A stretch of DNA of 64,000 bases from Antedon mediterranea (taxonomy: Eukaryota; Animalia; Echinodermata), in assembly GCF_964355755.1 (NCBI RefSeq), contig NC_092679.1, positions 13,313,432 through 13,377,431 on the forward strand, written 5' to 3'. Shown here piece after piece: positions 38,382-52,106 of this stretch. Within the stretch, counting starts at the first letter, position 1, and every line of letters begins with the position of its first letter. The translations under genes and the position numbers were made by a program. The notes beneath the pieces are model-generated. The model saw only the letters and a list, made by a program, of their open reading frames with translations. It searched no databases and had not been told where the DNA came from.

Positions 38382-38559
38382 GAAGTAGGCCTACTCTGAT
38401 TTTTGTATGGAAGCTTATTTTTCAAAAACTAACTAAAATTATTTTCATAATTAGTGATATCAATCAAAGAGTTTCATTTTTCGCAATATATACATTCTTT
38501 GACATGATTTACTAAGTAATTTATCAGTATTTGTTATCCAGTTGCTTTTTTTTTATCTA

Positions 38560-38930
38560 TTATACATCTTTATATTTGTATTCTTCTAACCATATTTGTT
38601 CTCCGTTTATAACAACTGAACCAGAGGTACACATTTTTTCATAGTCAAAATAAGAACTTCTTCCGTGGTATACCCACATTAACAACTCTTTCATTTGACA
38701 TAGTATCGTTAATTTGACAAATTGTGGCCTGAACTTAAGGTAGCCATTTTGAAATATATTTGCATTAATGTTCATATTGTTTAACTTTTTAATGAGTAAT
38801 TCTGACACTACAGGGTTAAATGCACTTGAAAAATCAACATTAATGATCTAACATATGACATGTTGTTGTCTAAGTGATTATATATGCTATTTAAATGAAC
38901 AACCAGAACAGCATCTTCAACACTACGTCG
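38560..38930 (-). mobile_element. Degenerate LINE reverse-transcriptase fragment (Rex1/CR1-group-like)
   Basis: Frameshifted RSVEDAV..YNHLD..YVRSL..VDFSSAFN..LLIKKL..RPQFV motifs. Confidence 0.75.
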
Positions 38931-40131
38931 GCTTGCTTCTTGATTAGTTGAGGTGCTTTACAAATCAAGTTCATATAAAACTAGATTTTCTACTTCTAAA
39001 AAGTCAATGGGTTCTTTGGTCCTCATTAAGTGCGCGCACACTTGCCAAAGAATATCTTTTGAAACATGGAGCAAAACATTTTTCATCATGAACCTTAAAA
39101 AGATAATTTAATATTTAAATTAGCCTATATTATATATTATGATTTATTATAATTAATAATATTTAAAACAAAATAAATCTCGAAGAAACAAATGTATTCA
39201 CTTTAATTTTAATGAAAGAAATAAATGTTTATTTGATTTGATATGAACTTTATTGTTTTATGTGTGTTTTTATCCATTTCAATGTTTCCGAATTAAAAAT
39301 GAATGAAGTGTAAAATAATCTAATAAATTCAAATTATTGAAAAAGAATTGAAACACAAGTGCTCACCGCCCGATATAATAATATAAGGCATAGCTTGGTA
39401 CTCCAAATTTAAAAAATACGCTTTTTTTATTATCTACCACTGACCATGCGAACCGTCAATCCCTTTTGAGACTAGTCTACAACACTAGAGATTCATGTTT
39501 AATACATGCTCCCTGCACTACGTGTACGCGTGTAGTATTTATTTCTCCTTTTTACATGCCCACACACTATAGGTGTGTACAAATAATAATTTAGCTTTTA
39601 TTAATTTTCTGAAATTTTGCTTGATGACATCCCTACTTTTCCCGCCACGCCTTTAGGCATCAAAATAAGAGGCTGGACGGAAGCATAATTATGAAACTGA
39701 GGCTGAACAAAATGGGAAGTTTTAAACTCGTACTGAGCATACGCAAACCCCAAAGCACGTCTGGGAGAAGAGTCTATGAGACTATGCAGAATATCAATAC
39801 GTCAAAAAGTCGAGCGGCGTTTTTTGTAAGAAATATTTCTTTTTATTCTTTATTTAGGAACAAGCAGAATAAACCGGATAAAATCATATTCCACGCTGTT
39901 CGTTCCGTTGTGTATTTAAATCGCGTTGTCGTCCGTTACGTAAAAACAAGTGTGAAGTCTAGAGCTTGGTAAAGTCTCATAATAAAAATTATGCCCATTT
40001 TTATCTAAATAGGTGGCGCCATGACTTTTTAGCAAACTGTTTGTTTAGTTTATAGCTGGCGCATTTTAGTCGAGCGAAAGACGGAGGAAAAACGAATTTG
40101 AAGTTATTTTGTGAGATTATTATAAATTAAA

Positions 40132-40214
40132 ATGGATATTTTCAGCTCTGAATTTCAAGAACCTAAAAGAAATGCAGGCCCTGGCTTTGTTGGTATTAAG
40201 TTTTGTCAAGAATG
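40132..40214 (+). CDS. POLR2I: RNA polymerase II subunit RPB9, exon 1
   Basis: MDIFSSEFQEPKRNAGPGFVGIKFCQEC|gttagt. Confidence 0.93.
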
Positions 40215-41050
40215 GTTAGTTTACACTCTTTACATCTGCTGAAGTTAAGCTGGCTAGCCAACAACAGGCTGACTCCACTAACAATTAATGAGAGAGCGGC
40301 GAAACCACCAAGGTCGTCCCGTCCCAAGAAAGAGTTTCTCCCTACTAGGCTAGCTAGGCCTACTCCTCTAGCCTATCTAGGCCTATTGTTTCAATAAAGT
40401 TGGTATATTGAAGACCTGGTCAGATGTGCAAGCCAGGGCCTATGCCCATACTTGGAATTTTGGCTTGTTTACTAGCTAGCTACTAGGCCTAGCTAGCCTA
40501 CTAGGCTAGGCCTATATTATACTAGCTAAGGCCTAGCCTAGGAGGGCTATATAATAATATTAATATAAGCTTCTGCCATGAGTTACTCCATGCTTCTGCT
40601 TAATAATTAATAATAATTCCTGCAAGTTAAGTGGACTAGGCTAGCTAGACCTACAGTATTAACTTAACAAATTAACAATCATGATACCACATGGAGGATG
40701 ATACTGTATGTAGCATTTTCAGCTGATTTTCGGACACTGTGCGATGTGTCTTTAATTTTAAGTTCTTCTTAATTAATTCACTAGGCCTAGTAAATTTTAT
40801 GACCCACTATGCGACCCCCAGGAGAGGTGCATCATTGTCTGATGAATTCAGCCTTGCATCAAAAACTTACCTGTAGTGTGGGTCATACAATAAACAAGTG
40901 CATAAGTTCAAAAAGATTTGTTAAAAAGCATGCCTAGGATCCCCTGTACATTTTTTGTAATTTCTTAAAAATACAGGTCCCGTAGCACATTGGCCTATAA
41001 TCTACAGCTGTTATCATTGACAACTAAAATGTATTTTGATCCGTTTATAG

Positions 41051-41105
41051 TAACAATATGCTGTATCCAAAAGAAGATAAAGAACATAGAATTCTACTGT
41101 ATGCT
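41051..41105 (+). CDS. POLR2I: RPB9 exon 2
   Basis: NNMLYPKEDKEHRILLYA; tag/gtaag junctions. Confidence 0.95.
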
Positions 41106-42369
41106 GTAAGTATCCTACTGTATGAATTTGATATTTATTTCATTTCATCACATATAAAAATAGAGATGAGTACCATTGTCATGGTAAAAGTTGAGTAGAA
41201 ATGAAACCGGGACAACCATAACAAGAAAAAAAGCTTTACAAATAATGGTGCTTTAAAAAGAAATCAGTAATAATATGATTTTTTGTAATAATGTAAAATA
41301 GCAAACTGTATTATTTATGTTGTACAATATCTGTAGCATGTAACTAATAATAATTTATAAGGATAAAATTTAAATATTTTTAATTAATAAGAGTTAGAGT
41401 TCCAGAAGAGATAAATTAGAAATAATTAATTTGTTATCACCTTATTTGGTTGTACAATGGACATCATTGTCTGCGGATTATTATAAAGGCAGTAATTTTA
41501 CTCTTAAAAGAAGCGAGACCAGTTAGTTTGTTTGCGATTTTATTTGCAATTGGACTACAGTATTCTGATTGGTTCTTCATCAATTGTTTTTACCTGGTAT
41601 GAACCTAACCCTCTCGGGTCATTCCATCTCAGTTCACCCAAAAAAAATGGAATTTTAAACCCTACCTCTTCCAATTTTGATGAAATTTGGTATATGGGTG
41701 ATTCATAGCAATTAAAGCCAAAATTTCCAATTTTAACTTTATCGGACCAACGGTTTTTGAGATATCGCAATTTAAATTTTCGTTTTTTACGCAAAAAAAG
41801 GCGCGGCCGCCACGTTTCAAAGAGCTGTATCTCGGGAACTATAGGTTCGATTTTAAAAACAAAGGTATTTTTGTAAAGGGGAGACCATAAGGAACCTAAA
41901 TATACTAATTGTGTGTGTTTTATGTTAATTTTAAGTTGAATAAAACTTTGACATATATTTTGACCTTGAAATTGACCCCGTGGAACACGCCCGATTTGTT
42001 GGTGACTATCACGAAAAATGTAGCCCTACGTGTCAACTACAACATATAAAAAAATTGGAGGGGTTTTTTTGTTTGTTTCCATGAAATTACAATTTGAAGT
42101 TGACATACCTCTTCCTTTTAGTGTATTTTTGGTGTTGTTATACTTTATACACAGTGTGAACACTAACTGTTAAGGTGTCTTATTGTTACGCTTTCTCATC
42201 AGGCCCACTTAAACAGTAGATATATTTTGATATGAGAAATACTGGGTAACTCACATACTTTTCAAATCAATTTTGACACATAGTTTAGTGTCCTTACTAT
42301 GTTATTATGCACATTAACATATGCATAATAAGTGATTGCAGAGAACATACAACAGTTAACTGTATAGGC

Positions 42370-43578
42370 CTTTTTAAAGGTTGTCATCCCCTATTTAAAA
42401 ACAAAACTACCAACCATGAAAAAAGTTCATTATTTCACAGATGGATGTGGCAGCCAATGCAAAAACAAATATAACTTTATTAACCTTTGCCACCACCAGG
42501 AAGATTTTGGTTTAGACGCCGAGTGGAATTTTTTCGCTACATCACATGGCAAGAGTGCATGTGATGGCATAGGTGGAACAGTTAAGAGGCTTGTCACTAA
42601 GAGAAGCTTACAGCGTTTGACTGAATGTCATATTCTCACATCTCTCAGTATGTTCGACTACTGTGTAATTTTTAATTTTTATTTTATGTCTTTAGGCAAT
42701 GTGGCCAAGGATTACCAATAGTGAACTAATCAGTGTCCTATCAGATAGGTGGTAATCCCCCTGATACAGGGGCTATTGTGTGAACCAGTTCACTGGGGTA
42801 ACCCCTACTCTTTTTCGAATAATGAACTGGGTTCTTTAAAGTACACACAGGTTATAACTGTGTACACTGGACCTACGGTTTATAGTCCTTATCCGAGAAG
42901 ACTTGTTCCACCACCAGAACTAGGAGCGAGTCGGCCTCGAACCCTTGCCGATGTTGTTCTTGGCTCTTTAGGTACGGTAAACGGCACCCCTGCCTTAACC
43001 GCTCGGCCATATGACTCGCTCATATGGACATTCCAGGCATCAACTTTTTTCATGTGGGAATAGATGAGGTATCTACTGTGGAAAAAGAAATAAAGCCAAG
43101 ATTCAACCTCACCCAGACCATCAAGGGTACATTACAATATCATCGCTTTGCTCCTGTTTCTCTGGCACAGATGCAGGTCTACAAACTTAGTACCCAGATA
43201 AACCCTCCGGATGTGGTTGTGATTCAAGAATCTTTCAGTGATGAAAATTAAATTGTTGCTGATACACAACCCACCATTATTAGACTTCAGAATTTTGTGT
43301 GCTGTAGTTATGATGGTATCCCATGGATTGGTTTGGTTGTGGATGTCTCAGAAGAGTTTGGGGATTATCAAATTAAATTTATGCATCCTCATGGGCCAGC
43401 GAAAACCTTTTATTGGCTGTCCAAAGAAGACTGTTGTTGGATTCCTGAATCAAATGTACATTGTATTATAGCCTCTCCGTTTATAAAATCCTCTTCGACT
43501 AGGAATTACAGTATTTCCCAAAATGATCGCCACAACATTTCTAAATACTGTTTGAATTGGCCAGATGACAAGGAGTAA
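42370..43578 (+). pseudogene. Sola2-like transposase C-terminal remnant
   Basis: FTDGCGSQCKN, WNFFATSHGKSACDGIGGTVKR, FMHPHGP; broken by a SINE and an in-frame TAA at 43249. Confidence 0.8.
42668..43019 (-). mobile_element. tRNA-derived Deu/Nin-type SINE inserted in the transposase
   Basis: A box TGGCCGAGCGG, B box GGTTCGAGGCC, CTCGGATAAGGACTATAAACCGTAGGTCC, TTTAAAGAACCC, GAGTAGGGGTTACCCC, A-rich tail. Confidence 0.85.
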
Positions 43579-44519
43579 AGGCCAGACATAGACAATTGTA
43601 ACATTATAATGATATTTAGTTTGTAAATAAAATTATTTTTGGAATACATCAAATTGACATTGAAGTAATGCATGGACAGACACCAAAAATACACTAAAAG
43701 GAAGAGGTATGTCAACTTCAAATTGTAATTTCATGGAAACAAAGAAAAAAACCCCTCCAATTTTTTTATATGTTGTAGTTGACACGTAGGGCTACATTTT
43801 TCGTGATGGTCATCAACAAATCGGGCGTGTTCCACGGGGTCAATTTCAAGGTCAAAATATATGTCAAAGTTTTATTCAACTTAAAATTAACATAAAACAC
43901 ACACAATTAGTATATTTAGATTCCTTATTGTCTCCCCTTTACAAAAATGCCTTTGTTTTTAAAATCGAACCTATAGTTCCCGAGATACAGCTCTTTGAAA
44001 CGTGGCGGACGCGCCCTTTTTTGCGTAAAAACCGAAAATTTAAATTGCTATATCTCGAAAACCGTTGGTACGATAAAGTTAAAATTTGAAATTTTCGCTT
44101 TAATTGCTATGAATCACCCATATACCAAATTTCATCAAAATTGGAAGAGGTAGGGTTTAACTCATTGGGTGATCTGAGATGGAATGACCCTCTCATTTAT
44201 CTCAATACTAATAAAATAATATACCGGCGGTAATACTATTACTAAGAAAATGAACGCCATGGCTAGAGACACAGCAGCTTCTGACTGCTAAGTGTGTAGA
44301 TGGTATTTCTAGACATTAAAATAATAACTAACAAACAACAAAAAGTATTGTGCAATGAATAAAACACGCAATCCACAATTTACAGCACTAGACTGTGTAC
44401 TAATAAATAAAAAATGTTTATACTGTATAACTGTACACTCTAAATTGAATAAAAATGTTGTTGAAAAGATGTAAAAAGATGTATATGAAATGTTTTAATT
44501 ATCATTATACTGCATATAA

Positions 44520-44845
44520 GTTTGTTTGTTTGTTTGTTCATTTTTATACTGGGTGACCTCTTCAGTCAAAGACTGATCTCCCAGAGGGCCCAGTTGGTGA
44601 TCAGTGGCTGTGATGTACTAATACACCGGGGTAACCCCCTACTCGTCTCGAAAGATGTACTAGGTTCTTTAAAGTGCACACAAGCTAGTTGTGTACACTG
44701 GACTGGACTGGACGGTTTATAGTCCTTATCCGAGAAGACTCGTTCTACCACCAGAACCATGGAGTGAGTGAGCCTCGAACCCTTGCCGATGTTATGGCTA
44801 CGTAATTACGGTTCCACTGTCTTAACCGCTCGGCCACTCACTCTC
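44520..44845 (-). mobile_element. tRNA-derived Deu/Nin-type SINE, (AAAC)n tail
   Basis: Same A/B boxes and central domain as the 42668 copy, different 3' tail. Confidence 0.85.
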
Positions 44846-44918
44846 CGAGTCCATTAGTAATTTTTTTTCTTTATTGATTTTTTTAGTGTGAACTAATTAA
44901 TGTTTGTTTTATTTAAAG

Positions 44919-44992
44919 TGTAGGAATTGTGATTACCAGCAAGAATCTGACAACTCCTGTGTTTATGTGAACAAGATAACACACGAAATAGA
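44919..44992 (+). CDS. POLR2I: RPB9 exon 3
   Basis: [24 protein letters not shown]; aag/gtaagt junctions. Confidence 0.95.
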
Positions 44993-45400
44993 GTAAGTAA
45001 ATAATATTTAATAATATACTGTAAAATTCACTTCAAGATCTTTCACTGGTCAGTGTTTTGCGAGGTCAATGTACACCCACACACAGCATTTGTTAGTATA
45101 CATATATATTTCCTCTTTTGCAGTTTTTTATCTTAAAGGGTAGCTCCGGATAGAAAGTTTATTGTTTTTCTATACAATTTAAACCATGGCATTAATATTG
45201 ATAATAACCCCACTTATTTTGAAAAAAGGCTTATTTCATGATGCTTGTTCTGCTTTACAGCTAATGCAAAATAGCTAGGCTTATTATCAATATTGTTGCA
45301 AAGGTTTATAATTTATAATAAAACAACCCAGAGCACCCATTTACCTGCAGTATTAGACCAGACAAACATAAATTTGCACTGTACATTTACTATTTTACAG

Positions 45401-45527
45401 TGAACTTACACAAATAGTGGCCGAGGTAAAAGATGACCCAACGTTACCAAGAACAGAAGACCATCCATGTCCCAAATGTGACCACAGACAAGCAGTTTTC
45501 TTTCAGTCTCAGACAAAACGAGGAGAG
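45401..45527 (+). CDS. POLR2I: RPB9 exon 4
   Basis: [42 protein letters not shown]. Confidence 0.96.
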
Positions 45528-46098
45528 GTACTGTTGGTTCCACATTTGACCGCCCTTAATAACTACAGTATTTGTCCAACATTGAAATATAGATAGCTTT
45601 CGGTTTTTTTTTCCAGGTCAACCAGTATTTCGTAGGCCGTTGCCTGGACCTAACCATCAAACCTGTGAATAGCGAGGGCACACGTCCCTTATATCTCTGC
45701 ATGCACACAATGAACTAACGTGACATAGTTTGATCGTCGGTCGTCACAAATCGACAGCTCCCTACTGTCCTACTAGGTGTTAGTTATCCGTTCATAGGCA
45801 AACATACACAAAATGCTCTATATAAAATAATGTCTAGCCTTTAGGAGGGGACCAGTGGAACCCCATTGAGTGTCCCCTTAATATAATTGTCCCCCGAATA
45901 AGGGTTGGTCATACAGTAGCATTAAAACATATACCTCTGCTCATTTATTTCATGGGAAAGTGTCCACTGTATCACCTCTATTGTATAAGCACCAAAATAA
46001 TATCTCAAATTTCCCCAAATATAATTGACTGTGGTAATACTGTATTATAAATGTTAATAGTATATATTAATATTGAACACTTTAATTTTCATTTGTAG

Positions 46099-46161
46099 GA
46101 GGGAATGCGCCTTTATTATGTATGTACTGCACCTGACTGCAAACATCGCTGGACTGAATGA
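46099..46161 (+). CDS. POLR2I: RPB9 exon 5 (stop)
   Basis: EGMRLYYVCTAPDCKHRWTE*; assembled protein is 133 aa. Confidence 0.96.
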   Translation, partial: EGMRLYYVCTAPDCKHRWTE

Positions 46162-47697
46162 CAAACTATGAATATGTGTATACTGAATATCATTATGTTG
46201 AAGATCCAAAGAGACACTATACTACTGTTTTATTGTACAATATACAACATTCCCTTTTGGAAAATCCTATTTAGGTGATGCCTCTATTCAAAGGACACAC
46301 CTATTCAGAGGAAAACGTTATTAGTGGAAATTAGTTGGGAAACCCCTATTCAGGGATCATATTCCCATGGACAGTCACCTATTGAGGGGACATTTTGTTG
46401 GTCTTGAAGGTGTTCCCCATTAATAGGGGTTCAATTGTATATGCAAACATTTGTATGGTTACTCAATAACATTTGTTAAGGATTATAATGTATTAACACT
46501 GCAGCAATCTGTATGGTATAGTTCTCAAAAATGTTTGTATGTAGAATTTTTTATTAAAAACTAAAATGCACAAGTTTGATGTTAGATTTTATTTGTCTAC
46601 TGACAAAATTCCATTTTCACAAAGACAATGTTTTGTTTTTAACAAGACATCCAGTTTTAATAAAGCTATAAACACGCATTAGCTTTTACAATTGCTTGCT
46701 TTAAATACTGTAGTTTATTTTAAATTAAAAAAGCAATCTGAAAATGGGAAGGGTAAATTAAACAGACCAAGATAATTTTGATATTATAAAATTGAATATG
46801 TACAAAATGAATACTATATTTAATATCATTAACCTTAATAATAAACTGGCATGTTGTGCTAAGTTGTTTATGTAGAAAAATCAAAGATATTCGGCCAACA
46901 AATATAAATTCATTCATATTTTTACCGTAATCTTCAAACACAGTTTCACTATCTTATGCAGTGTAGAAAAAAAAACTGTATAAAATGGCTAGCACTTACA
47001 ATTAAAAATACAACTAAACAAATTTAAAGCCACGCATGTAATGAAAAACTATATAACCTAAATAAACATCAAGCGTATACTAATTTGGTAGATGGGTAAA
47101 ATACTGGCACACTCAATGGAAAAACTAAACACACTTTTCTACAACAGAAGAATATCAACACATATTTAAAGATACCCACCTCAGTACAATTCCGGTCATT
47201 TTAATACCCATGTTATGGCTGCATGCAATAGCAAAAATGTGTGTAACAAATAAATATAGCCTGACCTGTGGTGAAAAGTGGAGATTTGAGACATCATTTT
47301 GAATACCATATTGGATCCAAATCCCATGCATATGGATGCATTTAATAGCAACAATGTTAATATGGGCATTTCAGAGTACTGCCTAGATAAGCCCACAATC
47401 AATAACCTACCCGTTATTTTGGAAAAAATATTAAATTCACTCATCACCTGTGTCTACAGATAACCCTGTCACAAAGTAGGGGCAAAATTGGGTACAAAAC
47501 TGATCAGTTAGTACAACATACATAGAAACTATTTTCTGTAGTAATTTTTCCCATTAATAATATTCTTTTCATTGTTTATGATGATAGGAAGCAATTAAAA
47601 CAGAATATTATTTTTTATATACATAAATTGAGCAATAGGTTTAAGGATTCTCTATAGATTCTGAATCTATACTTAATATGATATTTTCAGGGTGTAA

Positions 47698-47906
47698 AGG
47701 ACCTTTCACACCTGCTTCTGTTCTGGTGACGGCGCAGCAAATACAATCGCGTCTTTCATTTTCACGACACTCCACACGACTCAAATCAATCATCTTACTC
47801 GATATGCGCATATCCATGTGTTTTGTTGTAAAAACGAAAATTCACTAATGCTGTCGTAAACCCGAACTGGAGTCGGAGCCAGACCGGAGCAGGTGTGAAA
47901 GACCCT
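47698..47906. mobile_element. Harbinger-like MITE
   Basis: Inverted termini GGACCTTTCACACCTGCT / AGCAGGTGTGAAAGACCC. Confidence 0.65.
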
Positions 47907-48751
47907 TTAGACATGGTTGTGAAAAAGTAAAAACTAACAGTGGATTTACATGCATTAAAACATTATTTTAATATCTACACAAAGACCATGCCTGTATACT
48001 ACAAATACAACGTTAACATCAAATTCACATATAACACAGCGAGACATAATTTTACAAATATTTAGTCCTTCTGTCCAATTTAACACTGTCAACATTGTTG
48101 ATATCCTTAATTCAAGTCGCCAACATTTTAGCATTATTTATATTCAAAATTGTAAACCGTTAAAAACAGTGGCACCTTATAAATCTATTGCAATAACATA
48201 TTGCATCACAAGACATTTTAAATTTCTTTTTAAAAAATGTTTCTTAAGCCTGTTTTCAACACGAATAAAATTGTGTGAAAGTGTTGATTTTTAATCATAT
48301 TTTAATCTGTAAAACCCATTTCTGTGCCTGGACAAATTTATAGCGAAATAAAATTAGTTCAGGAAATGAGTTTAGCTTGTGGAAAATAATAAAAAATGCA
48401 GGACAATTTGTTTGCCTCTGAAACTGCATAATTTGCTAGTGGAAAACAGACTTTACACACTGTACAATAGTCTATTATAAAAAATTTGTATCATGAGTTG
48501 AAACAATCACTTATAATTCACCAATATTAATTTCAGAAAGCATGATACTAAAAGGTCATGGAAATTATGGTGTACCTATGTGAAATGCAATGGTTTTCTG
48601 ATAATTGTGCGAACATAGCTTGGATAAATTTGCAACCTTAACCCAAGTGATAAGGAATAAGTGCGAGTGTATATGGAGTAACACTTTAAAAAACAATGCT
48701 AAGAGAATACACTGTTAGTAACAACCATGTACAACAACATATAATCTTAAT

Positions 48752-49050
48752 GATATTAATAATATCCTGGATTTATAAAGTGCCTAATGTCCTGAAACCT
48801 CTAAGCACTCTACATATTTGATTATTACACAGGTCATTTTTTGGATCAAACACGTATGGAAACATACTCCCAGAACGCAGCTAGTAATCGGCGTAAAGTT
48901 GTGTCTTGACCTTACCAGGTACCCATTTGTCCATTGGGGTGGAGAGAGGCAAAGTGTCTTGCAAAAGGATAAAAGCAATGTGACGAGCTTTGGATTTGAA
49001 CCCACGATCAGTAGTCCAACGTCCAACACTGTGGCATACGCCTCACTCCA
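48752..49050 (-). mobile_element. Degenerate tRNA-derived SINE (CORE-like, LINE-type tail)
   Basis: B box GGTTCAAATCC, CTCTCTCCACCC..AAATGGGTACCTGG, tail GTGCTTAGAG..CACTTTATAAAT..TATTATTA. Confidence 0.65.
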
Positions 49051-49540
49051 AGTTTGGCTGCCGCGAGAAGACACAATTTCAGAAGTGACTATGAAAGAAT
49101 CAGTTCAAGCATGCTAGAATAAAAACCTAGCAACACAATTGAAAGATTGTGATCTAAGACCCTTAAATATGGAATACTGTATGGTTCTGCTAGAATGTAT
49201 TGTATTCAAATCCATGTTTCATTGAATGTCTGCTAGGGACAATTATTTCTAACAGAATATTTGCATTGTGTCCATCAACCTCAGAATTTAGCATAATTTA
49301 ATTATAGTTGTACTGTTCATAATGTACTTTTGGCGAGTGTTAGATAGCTGGCAATTAATAAATAGTCAAATAATCATGGTGGGGGGAAAACAGTTTTTTT
49401 ACCTAACTGCAATGGTAGATTCCAAAGCTTAATATACAAAACACACAGACCACCAAGGCATGATGGGTATGCAAACCTTATTAGGTGTGAATTTCATTAC
49501 ACATTATTCTTTACAATTATTCCTTATACTAAATCACAAT

Positions 49541-49767
49541 CTAATGCACCTTTTTTTGCATTTTCTTATTCTTAATAAACCCTTTTGCTTCTTTTACTAA
49601 CGTTTTGACATCCTCACTGTCTTCCTCTGGGTTGTAATCTGACCCTTCTGATGCAGCTTCCTGAGGGGTTGCCTCTGAGTCCGCAAGGAAGCTATCATTT
49701 CTATCGTACGTGTTGGGAGCATCCTCATCTTCTTCTTCATCATCGTTGTCATCCACTATCTTTTTGG
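49541..49767 (-). CDS. APLF: APLF last exon (acidic histone-chaperone domain)
   Basis: PNTYDRNDSFL...EDVKTLVKEAKGFIKNKK*. Confidence 0.93.
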
Positions 49768-49973
49768 CTGAAAACAGAACCAAAGAAAAAATAAATTATA
49801 CAATCTATTAAAAAGAAATAATAAAATACACAAAAATAGGATGAGAGAACTTTTTAGGAACAAAGAAACAGTACCATTTAAAAAAAATATTCTAATTCAA
49901 TAATTATTTGTAAATACTTCTAGTAGTTAGTATCTGAAGCCTAACATATTATTTGACTAAAATGCTCTCTTAC

Positions 49974-50059
49974 CAGCTTGGTCCGCAGCTTGCCTTCTTG
50001 GCCTTTTGTTTTCTTCTTTCTTACTATGTTTGTACTCCTTAAAATGTTGCTTATTTTTT
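49974..50059 (-). CDS. APLF: APLF exon 9 (end of PBZ2)
   Basis: KNKQHFKEYKH...; tag/gtaag junctions, phases match. Confidence 0.9.
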
Positions 50060-50753
50060 CTAAAATTTAATAGATGATAAAAAAAGAGCTTTCAAAATAA
50101 CACTAACTACAGTATTATGATTTGGGTATAAAGGAAGAATTCTTCCATATCTTTATTTCTTAGTGTGTAGAAGTGCTGGGTGCAGGTGAATCCTAAAGCT
50201 TGGTTCCCACTAGGACGATATGAAATGATGTAAGGACACCATATTGTTATTTGACCAATTAGACATTTTGGATGATCTACAGTATTGCATCGTGATTGCA
50301 CAGTTCTGTTGTGTCCAAGTAGGAACCATATTTTATTATAGAAACAGCTAACCATTTTAACATCAGATTTGAACTCAGCACACCAGGGTAACCACCTGCT
50401 TATCAAGAAAGATACTCTTGGTTCTACTCTTGGGCAAACAAGCCATATGTTTACACTGGATGTTCAGTTCCAAGTTAACTAATACCTTTTTCACATCTGC
50501 ATAAATTGTTACCACTTGTGTAAACAGGTTTGATCTCCCGACTTATTATATGTTTTCACACACGCATACATAAACCTATTTGATTACTGGGTTATTTAAA
50601 GTGCACACAAGAAAATGTGTACACTGGACCTCCAGTTTTAAGTCCCTATCTGAGAAGACTTGTTATTCAGAATAATGGTGCCCACTCTTAAACACTTGAC
50701 TGTAGAGGTAAACAATGATTGTTTACAATGAGTCAACATAGAAAGTGTTTTAC

Positions 50754-50885
50754 CTGTAACAATCTGAACCATATGGACACCATGGCAGACCACCATCATC
50801 ATCTTTGTCATCCTCCTCCTCATCATCATCTAAATAATCATCATCTCCGGGGTGTCTATATTCTTCCAAATGTTTCTGGTTTTTT
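50754..50885 (-). CDS. APLF: APLF exon 8 (PBZ1 end, PBZ2 start)
   Basis: KNQKHLEEYRHPGDDDY...CPYGSDCYR. Confidence 0.93.
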
Positions 50886-51291
50886 CTAAAAATTATTAAA
50901 TTAGGGATAACCAAATGTTTGTATTAAATCACAACTAATTTCTACATAATTTTACCACATAGACGTTTAATTTTAGGTGAAAATAAATACAGTACATACA
51001 TTACTGTATTTTTTCTTTGAAATGTTTAGAGATAGTTACCTTGTATAAGAAATAGCTTATCAATGACTAAGGTATGTCATCACTTTTACTGTATGTACCG
51101 CATGTTTCGACTTTTACCAGGAAATAATGGACCCCTCACAGAAATTTGAAACACTTTTATTTTGAAAATCTTACTCGGAAACACTGTATGATTGACAGTG
51201 ATGTTATGCAGAGTTTAGATGGTTGGGGCCAACCAGTCTAGCTCAATTTCAACACAAATGTCTTCTATTTCTCATGGCTATCTAAACTTAC

Positions 51292-51608
51292 CGAAAGCAT
51301 TTACTGCCATAAGAGCATGGCGTTCTTTCCTTCTCTTCATCACTGACATCCTCTTTAGGTTTTCCTCTCTTCACAACTTTTTTCTTTTTAACAACTTCCT
51401 CCTCATAATCTTCATCTTCTTCAACACTTTGACTGTAGCTACTACGTGATGCATTTCTGCCACGTTTTGTTGGTCGAGGAATGTACACTTCCTCATCCAT
51501 TAAATCGTCAATTTCTTCGTCTGAACTTGTTCTTCGACTGCTTCGTTTTCGTGGTGATTTTTTTGTTGGGGATCTGGGAAATCTTGATTGACTTCCTCTC
51601 CGTTTAGC
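51292..51608 (-). CDS. APLF: APLF exon 7
   Basis: Low-complexity linker ending RTPCSYGSKCFR (PBZ1). Confidence 0.88.
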
Positions 51609-52106
51609 CTAATCAGAGAAAAGAAATATTTCCAACCTAAATATCCTTGAGAGTAACCGTATTCTCAGGCCGCATATTTGAGATGCAATTTTAATTTTTA
51701 TATTGCAGTCGTATATGAGTGTCATATACTCCTCTCATATCTGTGTATATTTCTTATAAGTTGTAGAATAGTTTGATTTATTACGCGTTTATATACAGGC
51801 ATACAAGAACATTGAGAAATCTCAGTAGAAAGTATAGCTGGTCACTATTTGATTACTATGGCTGGTCAGCAATTACACATGCTCAGTAATAACTCGGGAC
51901 ATCTCGGAACAAATAACAACAGTCCACTGTGAAATCTTGTGAGATTTTTTTTAGAAGATTTTTTTCAGACTATGCAAACAACTTACTTACTTTTTGCAGA
52001 TGATAACCATCTGATAATTACAAAAAAATCAGTGTTTATCCAAGAGGTTAAATAATTAACTAGAATCTGATGAAGAAATCATATGAAATTATGTTGGTTA
52101 GCCTAC

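Larger units (their letters stand above)
41616..44190 (+). mobile_element. Sola2-like DNA transposon, internally deleted, ~520-bp TIRs
   Basis: GGGTCATTCCATCTCAG termini; TCTC 4-bp TSD; TIRs 41616-42135 and 43680-44190. Confidence 0.85.

Noticed and set aside
39483-39522. Further CTCCCTG footprint candidate (others near 23860, 34880 and 40690)
   Set aside because: Flanking 7-bp duplications are not exact.
51095-51145. Second hammerhead-like GAAACATG motif on the minus strand
   Set aside because: No CUGANGA box at a suitable position.
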